From the NCBI GenBank assembly GCA_016748015.1, contig JAAOMT010000608.1:124001-188000 (forward strand): a stretch of 64,000 nucleotides of DNA, read 5' to 3'. The notes beneath the pieces were generated by a model. The model did no database searches. It saw only the letters and a list, made by a program, of their open reading frames with translations, and was not told the origin of the DNA. Shown piece by piece: positions 13,558-27,362 of this stretch. The position numbers were made by a program, and so were the translations under genes. Numbering within the stretch: position 1 is the stretch's first letter; each line of letters opens with the position of its first letter. The DNA is from Geosiphon pyriformis uo1 (taxonomy: Eukaryota; Fungi; Glomeromycota).

Positions 13558-16500
13558 TTTTATTGGTTAATCGATTTTTTAATTGCTTGGTAAAATATTC
13601 AGCTACTTGACGTGATTGATGCTAAATTTGGTTGTTCAAGAAATTTTCCGCTTGATTACGAGGAGCTTATGCTTGAAAAATTTTTCGATAAAAATTTCAC
13701 CTTTGCAGATGACAAGCAGGGCTCATTCGTGGATTTGAGATCTGTTTGTATCAAATGTAGTTATGTTTTATAAACAGGAATGTGATACAAGCTTCATTAT
13801 TTATAAGTTTGATCGTCACCCAAAATCGATCAAACTAATTCTAAAAATGATGAACATATAGATATCATATGATTAAATGATTAAATACAATTTAAGAGAT
13901 GAAATATCTTTATGACAAATCACAATTTTGAATCTTAAAATTCTAAAATATATTTTTTTAAATATTTAAACTAAAAAATTGGCATAAAATTTTTTATTTA
14001 TTTAAAATTCCATTTTGAACTTGAAGCCATTTTAAAAAAATATATTAAATTATAAAAAAATTTATCATCATTAAAATTTGCAACTATATTATTTTTAAAT
14101 CTTTTAATTATAATATTATTGTATTTTTTAATTAGAGTTTTATTATAATTATATTATAGTTAATTAAATTAAATTATTTTATCCAATTTAAAGTTTCCTA
14201 TCATGTTTTCTGGCTAAAAAATCAAAAAATTTTCTAATACGCAATATAACTACTGAATTTGTCTTATATCGATTATAATAAAAGTTAATGAGGTTCCCAA
14301 ATAGTTGACTCTTGAATCAGATTTTGAGTTTCGAATCCTATCGATCACCAGCAGCACATGATTCAGAATTGAAACGCAAGCCGCGGATGCAAACAACGGC
14401 TTGTATTTGCTTAACCCGATCAAATATAAATACACCACATTTTCTTCATTTTAGAAATATCACTAAAATTTACTTTCCTAAACACTCCATTTTTGTGGAA
14501 TTACATTTTTATTCTAATTTCATATATGACATGGCCTATGATACAAGGTCAAATGCAAGATTAAGAAAAGGGATGATGGACAATAAAAAGTTATTTGCTT
14601 CACAGGTGAATATAATTTTTTCTATTGATTTTCTGAAAGAAAAAAAAAGATATATATGGATATACATATTTCAATTTAGATTATAATATTAGACAAAAAC
14701 TGGTGAACCATCAAGTTTCAAATTGCGATATGAGACATCACTTGCAAAGCTCTTCTCGCGATATGTTGGCACATGTGATCAACACCCGGAAGGTTGCTAC
14801 CATATTGAAACGCACCATTTACCCTTAACAAATAAAATGTTTCGGCATTGGGCTTCTTTGGCAGTGAGTAGTTGAATTCTAATTTCATTTTTTCATTTCC
14901 AATAAAAAATTCAAGGCGTTTTTTAAATTTATTTTTTTTCGGAATACACAAATATTTTCACTTTGGGAAATTTCTGCTTCAAAAATTTTTAGGCATCTGG
15001 TGATGATGTTGATGAAAGGACTCTCCCAAACCTTTCTGAGCTGCCTGAGTTTACTTTTACCCATACAAATGGATGTCAGAATTGAAGTGGAGGATATTTT
15101 TGCGAATGAGGTGTGAAATCAAAGAATACATGTAAAAATATGAAATTTTTTCGTCAAGTTAAAAAATAAAAGTTTCTTAGATAGATTTAGAAATAGAAAG
15201 ATTTTTTCATTTTTCTTAGCGGCCAACTTATGTTGCTATGTAATTAAAAAAGATATAGATGTATTATGTATATATATATATATGTCGAACGAAAAAAATA
15301 TTTTGCAGATTAATTCCTAACACTATATCCCTCAAACTCAACTGTGTCAATATCGTTCTCAGTGAAATCAGCGTTGGTAACTTTTGACAAAGGTGAACCT
15401 TCTTCTCGCAACCACTTTTTGCTTTATGAAAAAAAAAAGATTTATTAGGCAATTGTGTTTTTCCCTTTTTCGGAAATGTACCCACTTACAATTTTTCAAT
15501 TTTTGTTTCTTCTCCTTGAGAAACGCCTTTTACAGTTCCCGTTTCTAGGAAATAATCCAAATTAATGTGGCGTATGTGAAATTTCGAGAACTTTATGTTA
15601 ATAATCAATAATAGAATCAAAGATGATTTGATAGAAATGCAAATTCTGCGTAGGACACCTGAGTTGCAAACCCATCCAACAAGATTCAATTCAACGGCTT
15701 TGTTCTTGGTATATTTTCTAAACCATACTCCTAAATTTATTGAGTTTAAAAGAATAATGAACACTCATTAAGAAACCACGCCATTGGGATATTTTATAAT
15801 TGGGCCAAATTAGCTGTTTACCTTGTACAGTTCCAGCCACCTCAAAAGTAAGGTTTTTTAGTTTTCCCATGATGGATTGTTGTTTTTCGAAAAACTGGGA
15901 TTAAAACATTTAAAAAACAGGACAAAAATCATTTCTCAATTGCAAGGGTTTGGTCACACGAGCGCCGCTCCATATAGGGAAAAAAATGATGGCGTGGGAA
16001 CTTTTGAAATAATCAATTTCGTTAATTATTTCTTCATTATCAGAGCTAACCAGAAACAGTTGCTGCTCTCCTTTTTGGATCATCCCATCAATGTGAAGAG
16101 AAAAAATACAAACAATAATAAGAAAGATGTTTCAGTTTAGTCATTGCTCAAGAACCAGAATGAAGGTAGAAATGATGAAGGAACCTAAAAGAATAGGATA
16201 ATATAGACCTTAACAAAATAGGGGAAGTGCCAATGCAATATAATGCACAAATAATGTTTCCCCTGTAAAAAATTATGTCACTGCTCTTTTAGCAAGGCAA
16301 CACAATTAACCTATTCAGAATAGTAAAGCAATTCTTCAGGACATTCTGCATTTTAATATATATTTATAATCATATTAAGTCAGAGAAAATACATATAAGA
16401 AGGAATTTATTAATTGTCTATTTGAGAATGCAAATATTTTTATTTCACTTATTATATTCAAACGAAAATATTGCACAAGAAAATAAAGTTTTATATTTAA

Positions 16501-17217
16501 AACACACCAAAAATTTGAAAAGAAAATTTGTCAAACCGTATTTATAAAATAATTATATTTATCATTAAAATTTTAACATTGAAAATTCTTATAATTCTAA
16601 AGTTATTTTGCCAAACTTAAATTATTATTGAATTTAATAAAATTATATTTAAGACATTTTAAATTAAAATAAAAATTTACATAAAAAATATAATTATCAA
16701 ATCATAAAGAAATTGTAAATTTAAAAAATCAAATTCAATTATTGCTTTATTTTAATAAAAAGAATATATTATTTATATTATTTAATAATAATAAAACTTA
16801 AAATTAAAATTTAGAATTTAGAATTTATTTTAAGAAAATTGATTTAATATTTTAAATAATATATATTTTTACAATCCAATAATTTTTTATCCAAAAATGA
16901 TTTAAATGATTAATACCAAATAAGAAATTTCAAGTGCTAAAAATGTCATAATTTTATTTACTCAAATGCATTAAAATGCCAAAAAAAGCTGCATAAGAAA
17001 TAAATCATGTCCACAAATACATGCAGGAAAAAATTATTGTGATTATACAATTTTTACATCAAAATATATTTTGGATAAATTTGTGACCTATTCATTATAC
17101 AGTCATGACGGAATAGCTAATAAATAATATTAGTAATTATTTCACATGTTTAAAATGCCGAGTCTACTTAATGAATTACTTTCATAAAAAAGATTATGCG
17201 AATTCAAAGAGCAAAAA

Positions 17218-18172
17218 ATGGCTTCAAAAATTTTATGCGAACGACAAATTATGACGATGACTGATTCCTCAACCTCGAATCAGCCCTTGACGGCTTCTGA
17301 ATCTCCTAACAACAATCCTATTCGCTCTACTCAACATTTGGAGAATTACTTAAATTCTTTAAACGATGAATTATCTCATGAGGCAGAGTATCAAACTAGC
17401 GAAGAGAAAATTGTACTCAATGTAGGAGGAGTAAAAGTAATGAACCAATTCTATCTTCCTTTTTTGATATATTAGTTTAATTGATATGGTTCCTAAATCA
17501 CTCTTCATAATTTTCTTACAGTATGAAACATATCCCTCAACGTTTATCCGATACCCTGACACATTTCTAGGTTTAATGTTTCACCCACGCAATAAATCTT
17601 TATTAAGGCCTAAAAATGGCAACGAATACTTCTTTGATCGAAATGGTCATGCTTTTCATTACATATTGGAATTTTATCGAACAGGGAAAATCCCATGGCA
17701 TCGGTGGAATAGCTTTGCGCGCAAGCGCACTTTTAGTGAAACTACCCAAAAAGAGCTCCAAGAAGAACTCGATTACTTTCAGATCAAAGTTGATGATAAT
17801 AGAGTAGAGATGGCTGAAATCGCTGCTGCTGCTGTGTTGAATGATTTCATTTGTGCATTGGAGGACTTGATCCTCAAAGGAATTTCCCAAATGGTGGGGG
17901 AGATTAGAATGAAATTTTTTAAAAATGGAGACCCACCTATTATCAACTTGAGTTCAATTCTTGAGGATTACAGCCTTTTAACCGAGTTTTCCCAGAATGG
18001 TTATTATATAATTGCAATCTTTTGGAAGAAGATTGATCTTCATTTGCCTTCTCTATTTCCCAGTATCATTTCCGTCGGTACAAACGACACTGGGATAGGT
18101 GTCATCAATCTTACAATTAATGGCTATTTAAATGAGGAATCAATTATCAAGCATTCATCTTTTCTAAAGTAA
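17218..18172 (+). CDS. BTB/POZ (KCTD/T1-type) domain protein
   Basis: EEKIVLNVGGVK|YETYPSTFIRYPDTFLGLMF...NEYFFDRNGHAFHYILEFYRTGKI...EELDYFQI; intron 17437-17521. Confidence 0.93.
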
Positions 18173-18498
18173 ATTTTACAACACAAAGCTTGATCGCTTA
18201 AACAACTAATAGCCAACAAATTATTTTGGTTTGGAACAGCAGCAAACTTTTTGGACACCAGTTTGCTTACATTTTATTCACAAATTAAAGAGGCAATAAA
18301 TATCAAAGTTTATAATTTTCTTTCTTCTCATGTTAAAGCTCTTTATTTTCATTAAACTTTTATAAAATAAAAGCCTAAAATATGACAGTTATCGAATCAT
18401 TCAATTTCAAGAACTTTATAGCTTGACTAAATTGTCCTTTGGATAAAGTTTTTGAATTGAAAATTGTGTAAGTGTCAATGAATAATAATAATAATATT

Positions 18499-18515
18499 AT
18501 TGTTGTTGTTTTTGT

Positions 18516-18546
<31 letters not shown>
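18499..18546. repeat. (TTG)n microsatellite
   Basis: Direct reading. Confidence 0.85.
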
Positions 18547-19057
18547 TTTAAAAATTAATTTTATTTAAAAATAATAAACTCAAGAAAATATTTTGAATTT
18601 ATAAGAATCAAAATTCTTAAAATAATAAAGACTTTTTTGAATAAATATCATGTTTTTCATGTACATAAGATAAAACAATTAACATTATTAAAAAAAACAC
18701 TGATGCAAATGAGCTGAATTAATAAAATATTATCCAAGTATTATAAAGTTATTTGTTTTTTATAATCTTTGATTAAAAAATATATGTGCAATTATTTATT
18801 TTGGATACTTGAAATTTTGTCAAAAGAATACTTATGAACAACTTGTTCTTTTATGTATTATTTTCAGTAGAATTATTATTGTGAAAGTTGAGAAATGGAT
18901 TTCCCAGAAATCAAGATCATACAGTAGTATAAGTGAATGACGTTTTATCAAGTCAGAAATGTGAATAGCGCTTTATAATTTTTTTTGCGCTTTCGACGAT
19001 CAATTTATCGATTATAAAATAAAAAGATCCCATTAATTGTCACATGATTGTTTTTTA

Positions 19058-19068
19058 ATATATATAAA
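19058..19068 (+). promoter_or_regulatory. TATA box of the U6 (Pol III) gene
   Basis: ATATATATAAA about 22-32 nt upstream of the predicted U6 start at 19090. Confidence 0.65.
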
Positions 19069-19089
19069 GGCATCAAAAATCTATATTAT

Positions 19090-19112
19090 GTCCTCTTCGG
19101 AGTGACACTTAT

Positions 19113-19144
<32 letters not shown>

Positions 19145-19210
19145 GGCCCCTGCACAAGGATGACACGTTTAATCTTGAGCGGATAGTTGCCTTCGGGTAA
19201 CAAAGTTTTT
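19090..19210 (+). ncRNA. U6: U6 spliceosomal snRNA
   Basis: 5' hairpin GTCCTC-TTCG-GAGTGAC, core AAAATTGGAACGATACAGAGAAGATTAGCATGGCCCCTGCACAAGGATGACACG with ACAGAGA box and AGC triad, T8 Pol III terminator 19206-19213. Confidence 0.97.
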
Positions 19211-21906
19211 TTTAGATGCGATCTTTTTTACGTTATATCATATTTATATATAGCTCTCACTAAAAGAGATTAATTGAATGTAATAAAAGTTGATTTACAG
19301 ACTTAATATTAAATTGAAAATTGCCAATCTTCAACTTTAGCGAAGATTATCTATTAGTGAAATAGCTTTTCTATCTATTTTACACTTTAAAACAGAAATT
19401 TCAAACAGTTTGAGAATTTACCTTCGCAAGAAAACGACAAGCGGAAGTGCATTATATCTGCCATAAGTTAGAATAGGTTGAAATTTCTATTATGATAGAA
19501 GATCAATCTTACTTTTTTTCATTTGTAAAAAATTAGTGTTTCAGTTTATGAAGTAATATCTCATTTTTTGGAAAATTATTAAATATTTTAATAAAATTGC
19601 AACTTTTTGCGACTTTTGAAAAATCAAAAATGTCATCTTTACTTAAAAGATATCGCAGTAATTTTTATTAATTTTTTATTATAATTTTAAATTGGAAACA
19701 TTTCATCAATTTAGCATGCTTTATAGTAAAATAAACAGAAAATATTTTTTATTTATGATTGAATAAATATGAATTTCATAAAATTTTTTTACAATTATAT
19801 ATATATTATTGAATAAAATTATGAAAAGTTTTATTTAACAACAATTTAATAACAAAACATAATTTAATTTAATAATTATCTTTAAAAAAATCATTAATTT
19901 AAGTGTTTGATTTGACTATTGTGCTAAATAAAAGTATAAAACAATATAAAATATAAATTTTATGTTGAAACAACTTTTTCAAATAGGTTAAAAAATTATA
20001 AATCTATTTTATTATAAAATTGTGGTTTGAAATAAATATTATTAATTGTTTTTTGTTTATAACTTACTAATCCAATTTTTTAAACTTGAATTTCTTTAAT
20101 ATATATTTCAGAATAAAAAGTTTGCTTAAAAAAAGTGTTAAATTATATTAATTAAAAAAATTTCAAATTAATATTACTTATAAATAAAGTCATTTATCTA
20201 TTCATTATTTTTAACTGTAAGTTGGATCCCGCAAAACAAGATGAATTACTCTCAAATTGGCCTGTTTAATTCTCAGGCCTCAAAATTATTGAACACTTTT
20301 TAAAAGAATTGAAAAATCATACTCAAAAGACCAAGAATTATTTTGGTATTAGAAAAAAATTTTCGCCAATTGATTTTCTGGGTTGCAAAAATCAGAGCTG
20401 CTATATTGTGATTTGGTTTAAAATTCATTAAATCAGTAAATTAATAACCATCTTTAGATAAATACAATGGTAAAAAGTTGATGCAGAATCCAATTGGTCT
20501 GCTAAAAAAAGACAGGGGTATGCAAAACCTAATATACCTTCCGAAAAAGGGTTTTCATGACCACGCATCAATTACGTTGTAACCAACAAGGAGACAGTGG
20601 AAAAGATTTTATTCTTCAAATTCATTTTCGAGCTGTTTTTAAATCGGGGTATTCTGCAATTGCGTTTATGGTTAACCTATTTCCCAATGTGCTGCATCAG
20701 GTATGCATGGGATTTTAGGTAATTTGGTCTGTTACATTATTCCCTAAACCTAAACTTCCTTGTATCTCCCAATCAGATTTTTGTGCGCATCCACATTCAG
20801 CTAATTTGCCCTAGATTGATCTTTCCATCAAAATGCAATATTTGTCGTTATTCGAACTTGGTAAACTTTTATTGAACCTTTACGGAATGATAAATTTTCC
20901 CAACAAAAATCTTAATAGGCTTGATTGATAATATATCTTTGTCTTTTGAAGAGGCAAGGAAAATACTCTCACCCTTTTAGAAATTGAAATGCTGACCCAA
21001 TATCTATTTCTCACCGATTTGAAGTGGTTAAAAGATTTGAATAAGAAACCTGATCACTCACATGAACGTATGAAAACATATCGAATTGAAACTCTCTCAT
21101 GGACAGAATCTTTTTTCAATTTTTCAGAGTTATATTGTCCAAATTTAGATTCACTCTTTTTAAATTCTCAACTTTTCATCAAGTTATAATTATCTGTTTA
21201 ATATGTGATTTTGAGATTCTAGTTGAAATAGACAATATTTACCAAATAAGACGGTTTTATTCAAACTCTAGGTAAAAGTCTGTTATCTTTAATGGGACAA
21301 AGCTTCGAACATTGTATATAGGTGTCACAAGTTTCAGCTCATTTACTGGAAAATTTTCAGTCTTGAAATTTTAATACCAAGATTACTTTAAAAGGGGTAA
21401 TAAAGTCCTCAATCTTAAGGGACGTGTTTGCATTCTATTATTCTGAATTAAAAAACAATTTCGCGATAAAAATTCCCAATATTGGAAGCGCAAGTGCACA
21501 ATTGGGCAGGAAACAGGGGTGCGTCGGCGGACGCCAAATTTAGGATTAGCATGACTTATGATATCTGTGGATGAGTCATGCATTGCTTATAAATGCATCA
21601 ATGTTGCCCCTGTGCACATGGTGCGCAATTGTTTGCACTCTTTTCTATTCCACAAACGCCTCGATATTGTCTTAAAAACTAAAAATTTTATTTTAAAACA
21701 CACCCACAAGGAAAGAACTTCAATATTTTTCCTGGAATCAGAGAGCCACGACAACTCACTAGTTCCCTGACTTCACCTTTTCTTTATAGGACACCTTTAA
21801 GTAGATATAATATTAAGAGTTTCATAAATTTATTATTCGATCATCTAATTTTGATCGCTTCTTATAACACACATAAGTTTTAACTTGTTGGTGCACATTG
21901 CACAAT

Positions 21907-24254
21907 ATGGAAATCGATCATAGTGAAGCCAGCAATAATCAGATGGTTTCTTCTACATGGCCAGCTGCAATTGATCAAGAAACTGGAGAAACTTCCTCTA
22001 ATCCATCACTGCAATCTCAACCATTGCAACAATTAGAAACATCCACAGTTATTCCAACCACGACTTCTCCCACCGCAACGGAGACTATCATTGCTGGTGA
22101 AACGCAAAGAAGAGCACGAAGATTGACGAAAGAAAGTCTTCGATTCAATCCGATCTGGAAAAAGAGATATCCTTGGGTAGTGCACGAAACAGCTGAAAGT
22201 AAAGAACGAATTTTTTGCAGCTGGTGTCGTGCTGCTAATTGTAATAACAAATTTGCAACGGATGGCTGTGAATGGATCAAGGAAGATTCACTTGTGAGGC
22301 ATCAAAAGGTTAAAGAACATGTGAACATCGTTAAAGGTCGAACCATTATCCCTGATAACCTATTACCTGTTCGCTTCACACAATACTATGATGTGGGAAA
22401 GGCCAAAGTTATTGAAAATATGAGAATCGCTTATTTCATGATTAAACAGAATATGCCATTGAATGGATATCAAGATTTTTGTAATTTTGTGACCTTTCAA
22501 TTTCAAAATCAAACTGGAATTACGCTTGAGGCACCACCAACCTCTCTTTCTCCGCTCATTCTCAAGCAAAATGCTAATAGATCTAGTTCGGCCTCTGTTT
22601 CAGGTTCCTCAACAAACGCGGTTGTTGGTATTCCCACTGCGACAACGCCTTTTCAAATTTCAATTAATGAAGCAGCATATGTAAATCCGGTTTCAATAAC
22701 AGAAATTATAAAAGCAATGTCTCGACTTACAGAAGATGCCGTTTTGACAGAATTGTCTGAATCTTCATGTTGGAGTTTAATTCTTGATCACACTACATTC
22801 AAAAATGGAGCAAAGTCAATTGCTGTTTATTCGAAACATTTATCGAGTGACTATTCTCCCGGTATTCGCTTCCTAGGTACGTTAAGAGTTCCGATCACTG
22901 ATCCTTCGACTGCTTCAAATTTGGTTCAAGTATTTTGTACTTCAAAACGCGTTCCACTTTCAAAACTTGTCCATATTGGCAGCGATGGTGTTATTGCCAA
23001 CTTAGGTATCTACTTTAGGTTTTTTTTCAAGTCTTAGATCATATCTCAGAGAAATTAGTCTTAACTAAAAATCTTTCAAATTACTCATAATTATTAGATA
23101 AACTAAATGAAGTTGAATCTCATATTAAAGCGAAACAGCCTTTCCTTATATCAATTCATTCACTAGGACAAAGTCTTCATTTGGCCATGAAAGACGCAGC
23201 GGATCAAATTCCGTACTTTGCCGAATATCAATTAATCATGAATGAAACACTTGATTATCTAGCTAGCGTTCCTGATGCCCCTTTGAATCTAAAATCAATC
23301 TTCGACTACAATTTTGGGAACCCAGAATCTCGTTTCTTATCTTGGTGTCAAGCAATTTCAGTTAATATTCAATTATTGGATGAAATAAGAGTTGCCCTGT
23401 CTTTAAGTCAAACAAAAAGTGCTAATATGCTTTACGAAAAGATTGGTCAAGACTTCACTTTAGCCAGTAAACTTTTGAACGATGTCTATCTCATACTCGA
23501 AGATCTCGGCTTGTTTTTCAAAGGTGATCCTATTTCAATTGCTAATCTTCAACCTCTAGTTACCCAAACGGTTCTCAAATTAAGGACAGCTTTTATTGGC
23601 ACAAAGGAAACTCGGGCGACTTATGGAACCTTGTTACGTCATTTTATGGAACAGTTAAACCTAAATTCGAGTGAAACTCTGCCAAGATTTATTGCTGAAT
23701 ACGCGTCGGCCACAATTACGGCTATTCAAAATAGATTTCCAGGACTAGAAATCTACCATGCAATGCGAATATTTGATCCATATTTTTTACCGAATGAACG
23801 TCGGGCAATGAATTTATATGGCAAGGAGGAAATAGAAATGTTGAATAGAATTTTCGGCAATCCAATTCTCCAAAATGGAATCAGATTTCCGTCAATTGTC
23901 GACTCTCAGGCATTGACCAAAGAATGGGCTCAGGCAAAGTATTTGCTGGCCGGTTATCGAGAGTTAGCATTTGCCGATGCTTGGAAAAAAACTTTTGAGA
24001 CATCAGATTTTAGGCAAGAGTTTCCAAATGTGACTAAAGTCGTAAGTATAGCATTGACAGTTCCATTCTCCACTACTACCGTTGAAAACCTTCTAATGCA
24101 ACAGAAAAGAGTTATTTCACAACATTTTGGCACTATGGATCCCGAATTACTTCAATCTTATATGATGATAACATTGAATGGTCCTGGTTATGACAAATTT
24201 GATTATGAAAAAGCTTATGATCTTTGGGCCCGTTCAGGCTTTCGGGTGAATTAA
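21907..24254 (+). CDS. hAT-transposase-derived protein (ZNF862/C17orf113-like zinc finger plus hAT C-terminal dimerisation domain), probably domesticated
   Basis: RFNPIWKKRYPWV...IFCSWC...LVRHQKVKEH zinc finger; WSLILDHTT; IGSDG; intron 23006-23097 joins in frame (751 aa); C-terminal FPNVTKVVSIALTVPFSTTTVE...LLQSYMMITLNGP. Confidence 0.85.
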
Positions 24255-25764
24255 ATTAATAAGTTGATAAATGTAAATGAACACTATTTGACGTTTAAGG
24301 ATTGTAAAAAATTTTCTGATTCTAATACTTTTTTTTTGAACTTTGAGGCAAAATATGACCTAATCCCACCCAAAGTATTAAGCTATATAAGAACATTTTA
24401 TGACGAATAAAGTTAATTTCATTGTGAAAAATTTACTCTACTGGAAATATTTAATCTATCCTTTTATTATATTGATTCCTGACTTGATAAAATACTATTC
24501 ATGTACTCTATTTGTTGAGGAATTATTAGTTCAAAATATGGAGATCAATCATTGAAAAATATGATTTAGTCTGGTTTACCTGAGATCAAAATCAAGGGTT
24601 TTCAAACCTATAACCTATGTAATAACCGAATTTAGAAAAGAGCATATGAAATTCCTTTAAAGTCTAGGGTCTTGTGAATTTAGAATTATGGGTCTTATCA
24701 AATTAATACGTATTGGATATCAAGGCAGAAAGGAAAGATTTATTTTTATTTTGGGTATTGCTATATATAGATAATTTTTAAATTAGAAATCTTGGGTTAA
24801 AAAATCCCGAGAGTAAATTTCTTTCTGATGTCATAATTTCCACAAATGAAAATTCTTGGCATCACTAGATTTCGATCATGAGAATTTAATCTAGATATAC
24901 TTTATTCATGTCTCGGATGGTTTTAAACCTTTTCTTATCAAATTACATAGTTTTTAATAAATTGAGGTGGACGAAACAATTTCTTTTGAAATGACAGATC
25001 TTTCTGATGTGTGATAGTATCGCAGAATTTTATTGATGGTACCCGAATTTTTGTATAATTTTAAACGGTCTTAGTCACTGATTCGAATAATTAAAGCTCT
25101 TGTGCTAAATTTTGGAAAGTTACACGTATGTGTCATTTCCAAATTAAATGAGAGAAATTCGATCTAGATTTTCTTTTTAATGGAAATCGAAAAATAATAA
25201 ATGGGAGGATCAATGCGAGTATGACGAATTGTTTGATGGAAATCATAGACTTTATTATTTTTAGGCATATCAATGTGACAAATTTCCCATTAGATAAATT
25301 TAGCAATTGCGAACGTAATTTCTCATAAACCTAGACCTCATGTTAAATTCATTTTTAAAAGATCAATCAGAGCTAAAAAAAATGAGCAAGAGTACTAGAA
25401 ATCAAGAAAAAATTATCGTATCGGGGTGCTCACTAAACTATTCACAATTGAAATTTTATATGCTAATAAGTAGTTATCTTTCTAAGGCTCTTTTCCAAAT
25501 AGAATTTGTTCATTATGTGGATATTGAGTAGAAAACATAACGTATTTAAAAGCAGAACAAAGTCTTTAATACCTTGTTATCAATTAAACTCGTATTTGCT
25601 CATTTGCAAATAAAAATAGTATCATAATCTTTAATTAAACCGGATTATCAAATTAAAATAAAGACGTGAAAAATATAAAACTTCAGAGGTTGAAATATAA
25701 ATTTTAAAAATTTCTACTTTTACCAAAAAATTTCAATCTATTTGAAAGCAGCCAAAATAAAGCA

Positions 25765-27362
25765 ATGGACGAATATAATGAATGCAAAAGAGAGAATGAT
25801 AACGACTCAATAATTGAAATAGCAGAAAAAATTCCAGATATTATTATGCCAAATTCCCCGATCAAAGCTATAAAACCCAAGTCAATATTTATCTTTTTTC
25901 ATGGCTCAATTTATGCTAAAATAAAAGGGCCCAGGCATGGAGATATTAAAGGTTCAATTTGCTTTTGGCCAATAGTTATTATAATTACATGGATCGTTTT
26001 TTTAGCATTATCTTATGGCGTAGTAGAGGTATGTTATTGAACAAACACTTTTATGTGTGAAGTGATAAAAAATTCACTATTTACTCGCAATAAAAGTTGG
26101 TCTCACTAAGCAACCCAAGCAGAGATGAATGCCAATTGATGAATTTCCAGAAAGTTGAACCCACTTGGTTAGAGTATGATCCGTTCGAATTCACTCAATT
26201 GAACATTTCAACAAGTGGACTTTTCAAAGTAAGTTGTCAACAAAATTTTTAGTTATTTTCAAGCGTATATAAATTACAATTTTTTCATTTTATTGCATCA
26301 CATATCAGCAACGCCAAGTTCACATTTTTCCCAATAATAGCACAACACAAAATGTTGTTGTCGGGATTCGCCTTAATTCCTTTGAGAAAGAAGCAGGCTT
26401 ATTCACATTTGAATCGACAGGGTCAACCAAAATACTGACAATTGTAAGAATTCTAACTTTCCTTCAATGATATTTAAATTTTAACATGAAAAAAATTATT
26501 TTTATTTTTATTTCAGATTGAAAAGAAAGTAGAATTAAGATTTTGGAATCGAGAATTCTGGCATCCAACGAAGTGTGCTATCACAGAGATTGATATTCTC
26601 CTTCCAAAAAATCTCCCTGAAACGGCCATGACAGCATTTAACCTAGAGTCCTTTGATGTCACAGTATTTCCCAACAAAATACCTTATTCACAACAATCTT
26701 TAAATATTTCAGTAGACAATGGGAATATTGATTTAATGGTTCGTCTATATTGTCTAAATCTTTTGTAAATTCACTCAGATTAATATTTTTTTCTTCTTCT
26801 GGATTTTTTAGAATTTCTCAGCAAAATCGATTTCCCTTTCTACGTATAATGGTGGACACATATTTGGCATCGTAAACTCTATTGAAAATTTTTTTTCAGC
26901 CAAAACTCAAGCGCAAGATATCAATTTAACTATTAACATAGCCCCGGGAGCAGTACAGCCTAAAATTGAGCTTTCTACGGTTTCAGGAGATATGTTTCTT
27001 GCAATGGTATTTAGTTCTTTCGTTTTATATTACAACCAAATTTTATGTACTTTAATGCTTGTACTAATAAAGTTTAATTATAGAATAACACATTCTCTGG
27101 AAATTTTATTACTCAATCCAAAAATGGCATAGTAAAAATTCTCAACTCGACATATCATAAAGCCCAATATAATGCTGGAACATATATTGGAGGAAGAACT
27201 AGTTGTTTAGAGGGAAGTTTGTCAATCACATCTATTTCTGGAGATGCCGAGATAGAATTTCATGAAGGATTGATTTCTCTTGCAGTAACTCTAACTTCAT
27301 CACATTTCATTATAAATTTACTTGTCTCTTTATGTTTGGCATTATCTTGGTATTTATTATAA
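25765..27362 (+). CDS. Multi-exon membrane protein with DUF4097/adhesin-like beta-repeat region and hydrophobic C-terminus
   Basis: TM segment WPIVIIITWIVFLALSYGVVE; later exons give repeats ISVDNGNIDL, ISLSTYNGGHI, IELSTVSGDM, ITQSKNGIV, LSITSISGDAEI; ends LLVSLCLALSWYLL TAA 27360-27362. Confidence 0.6.
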
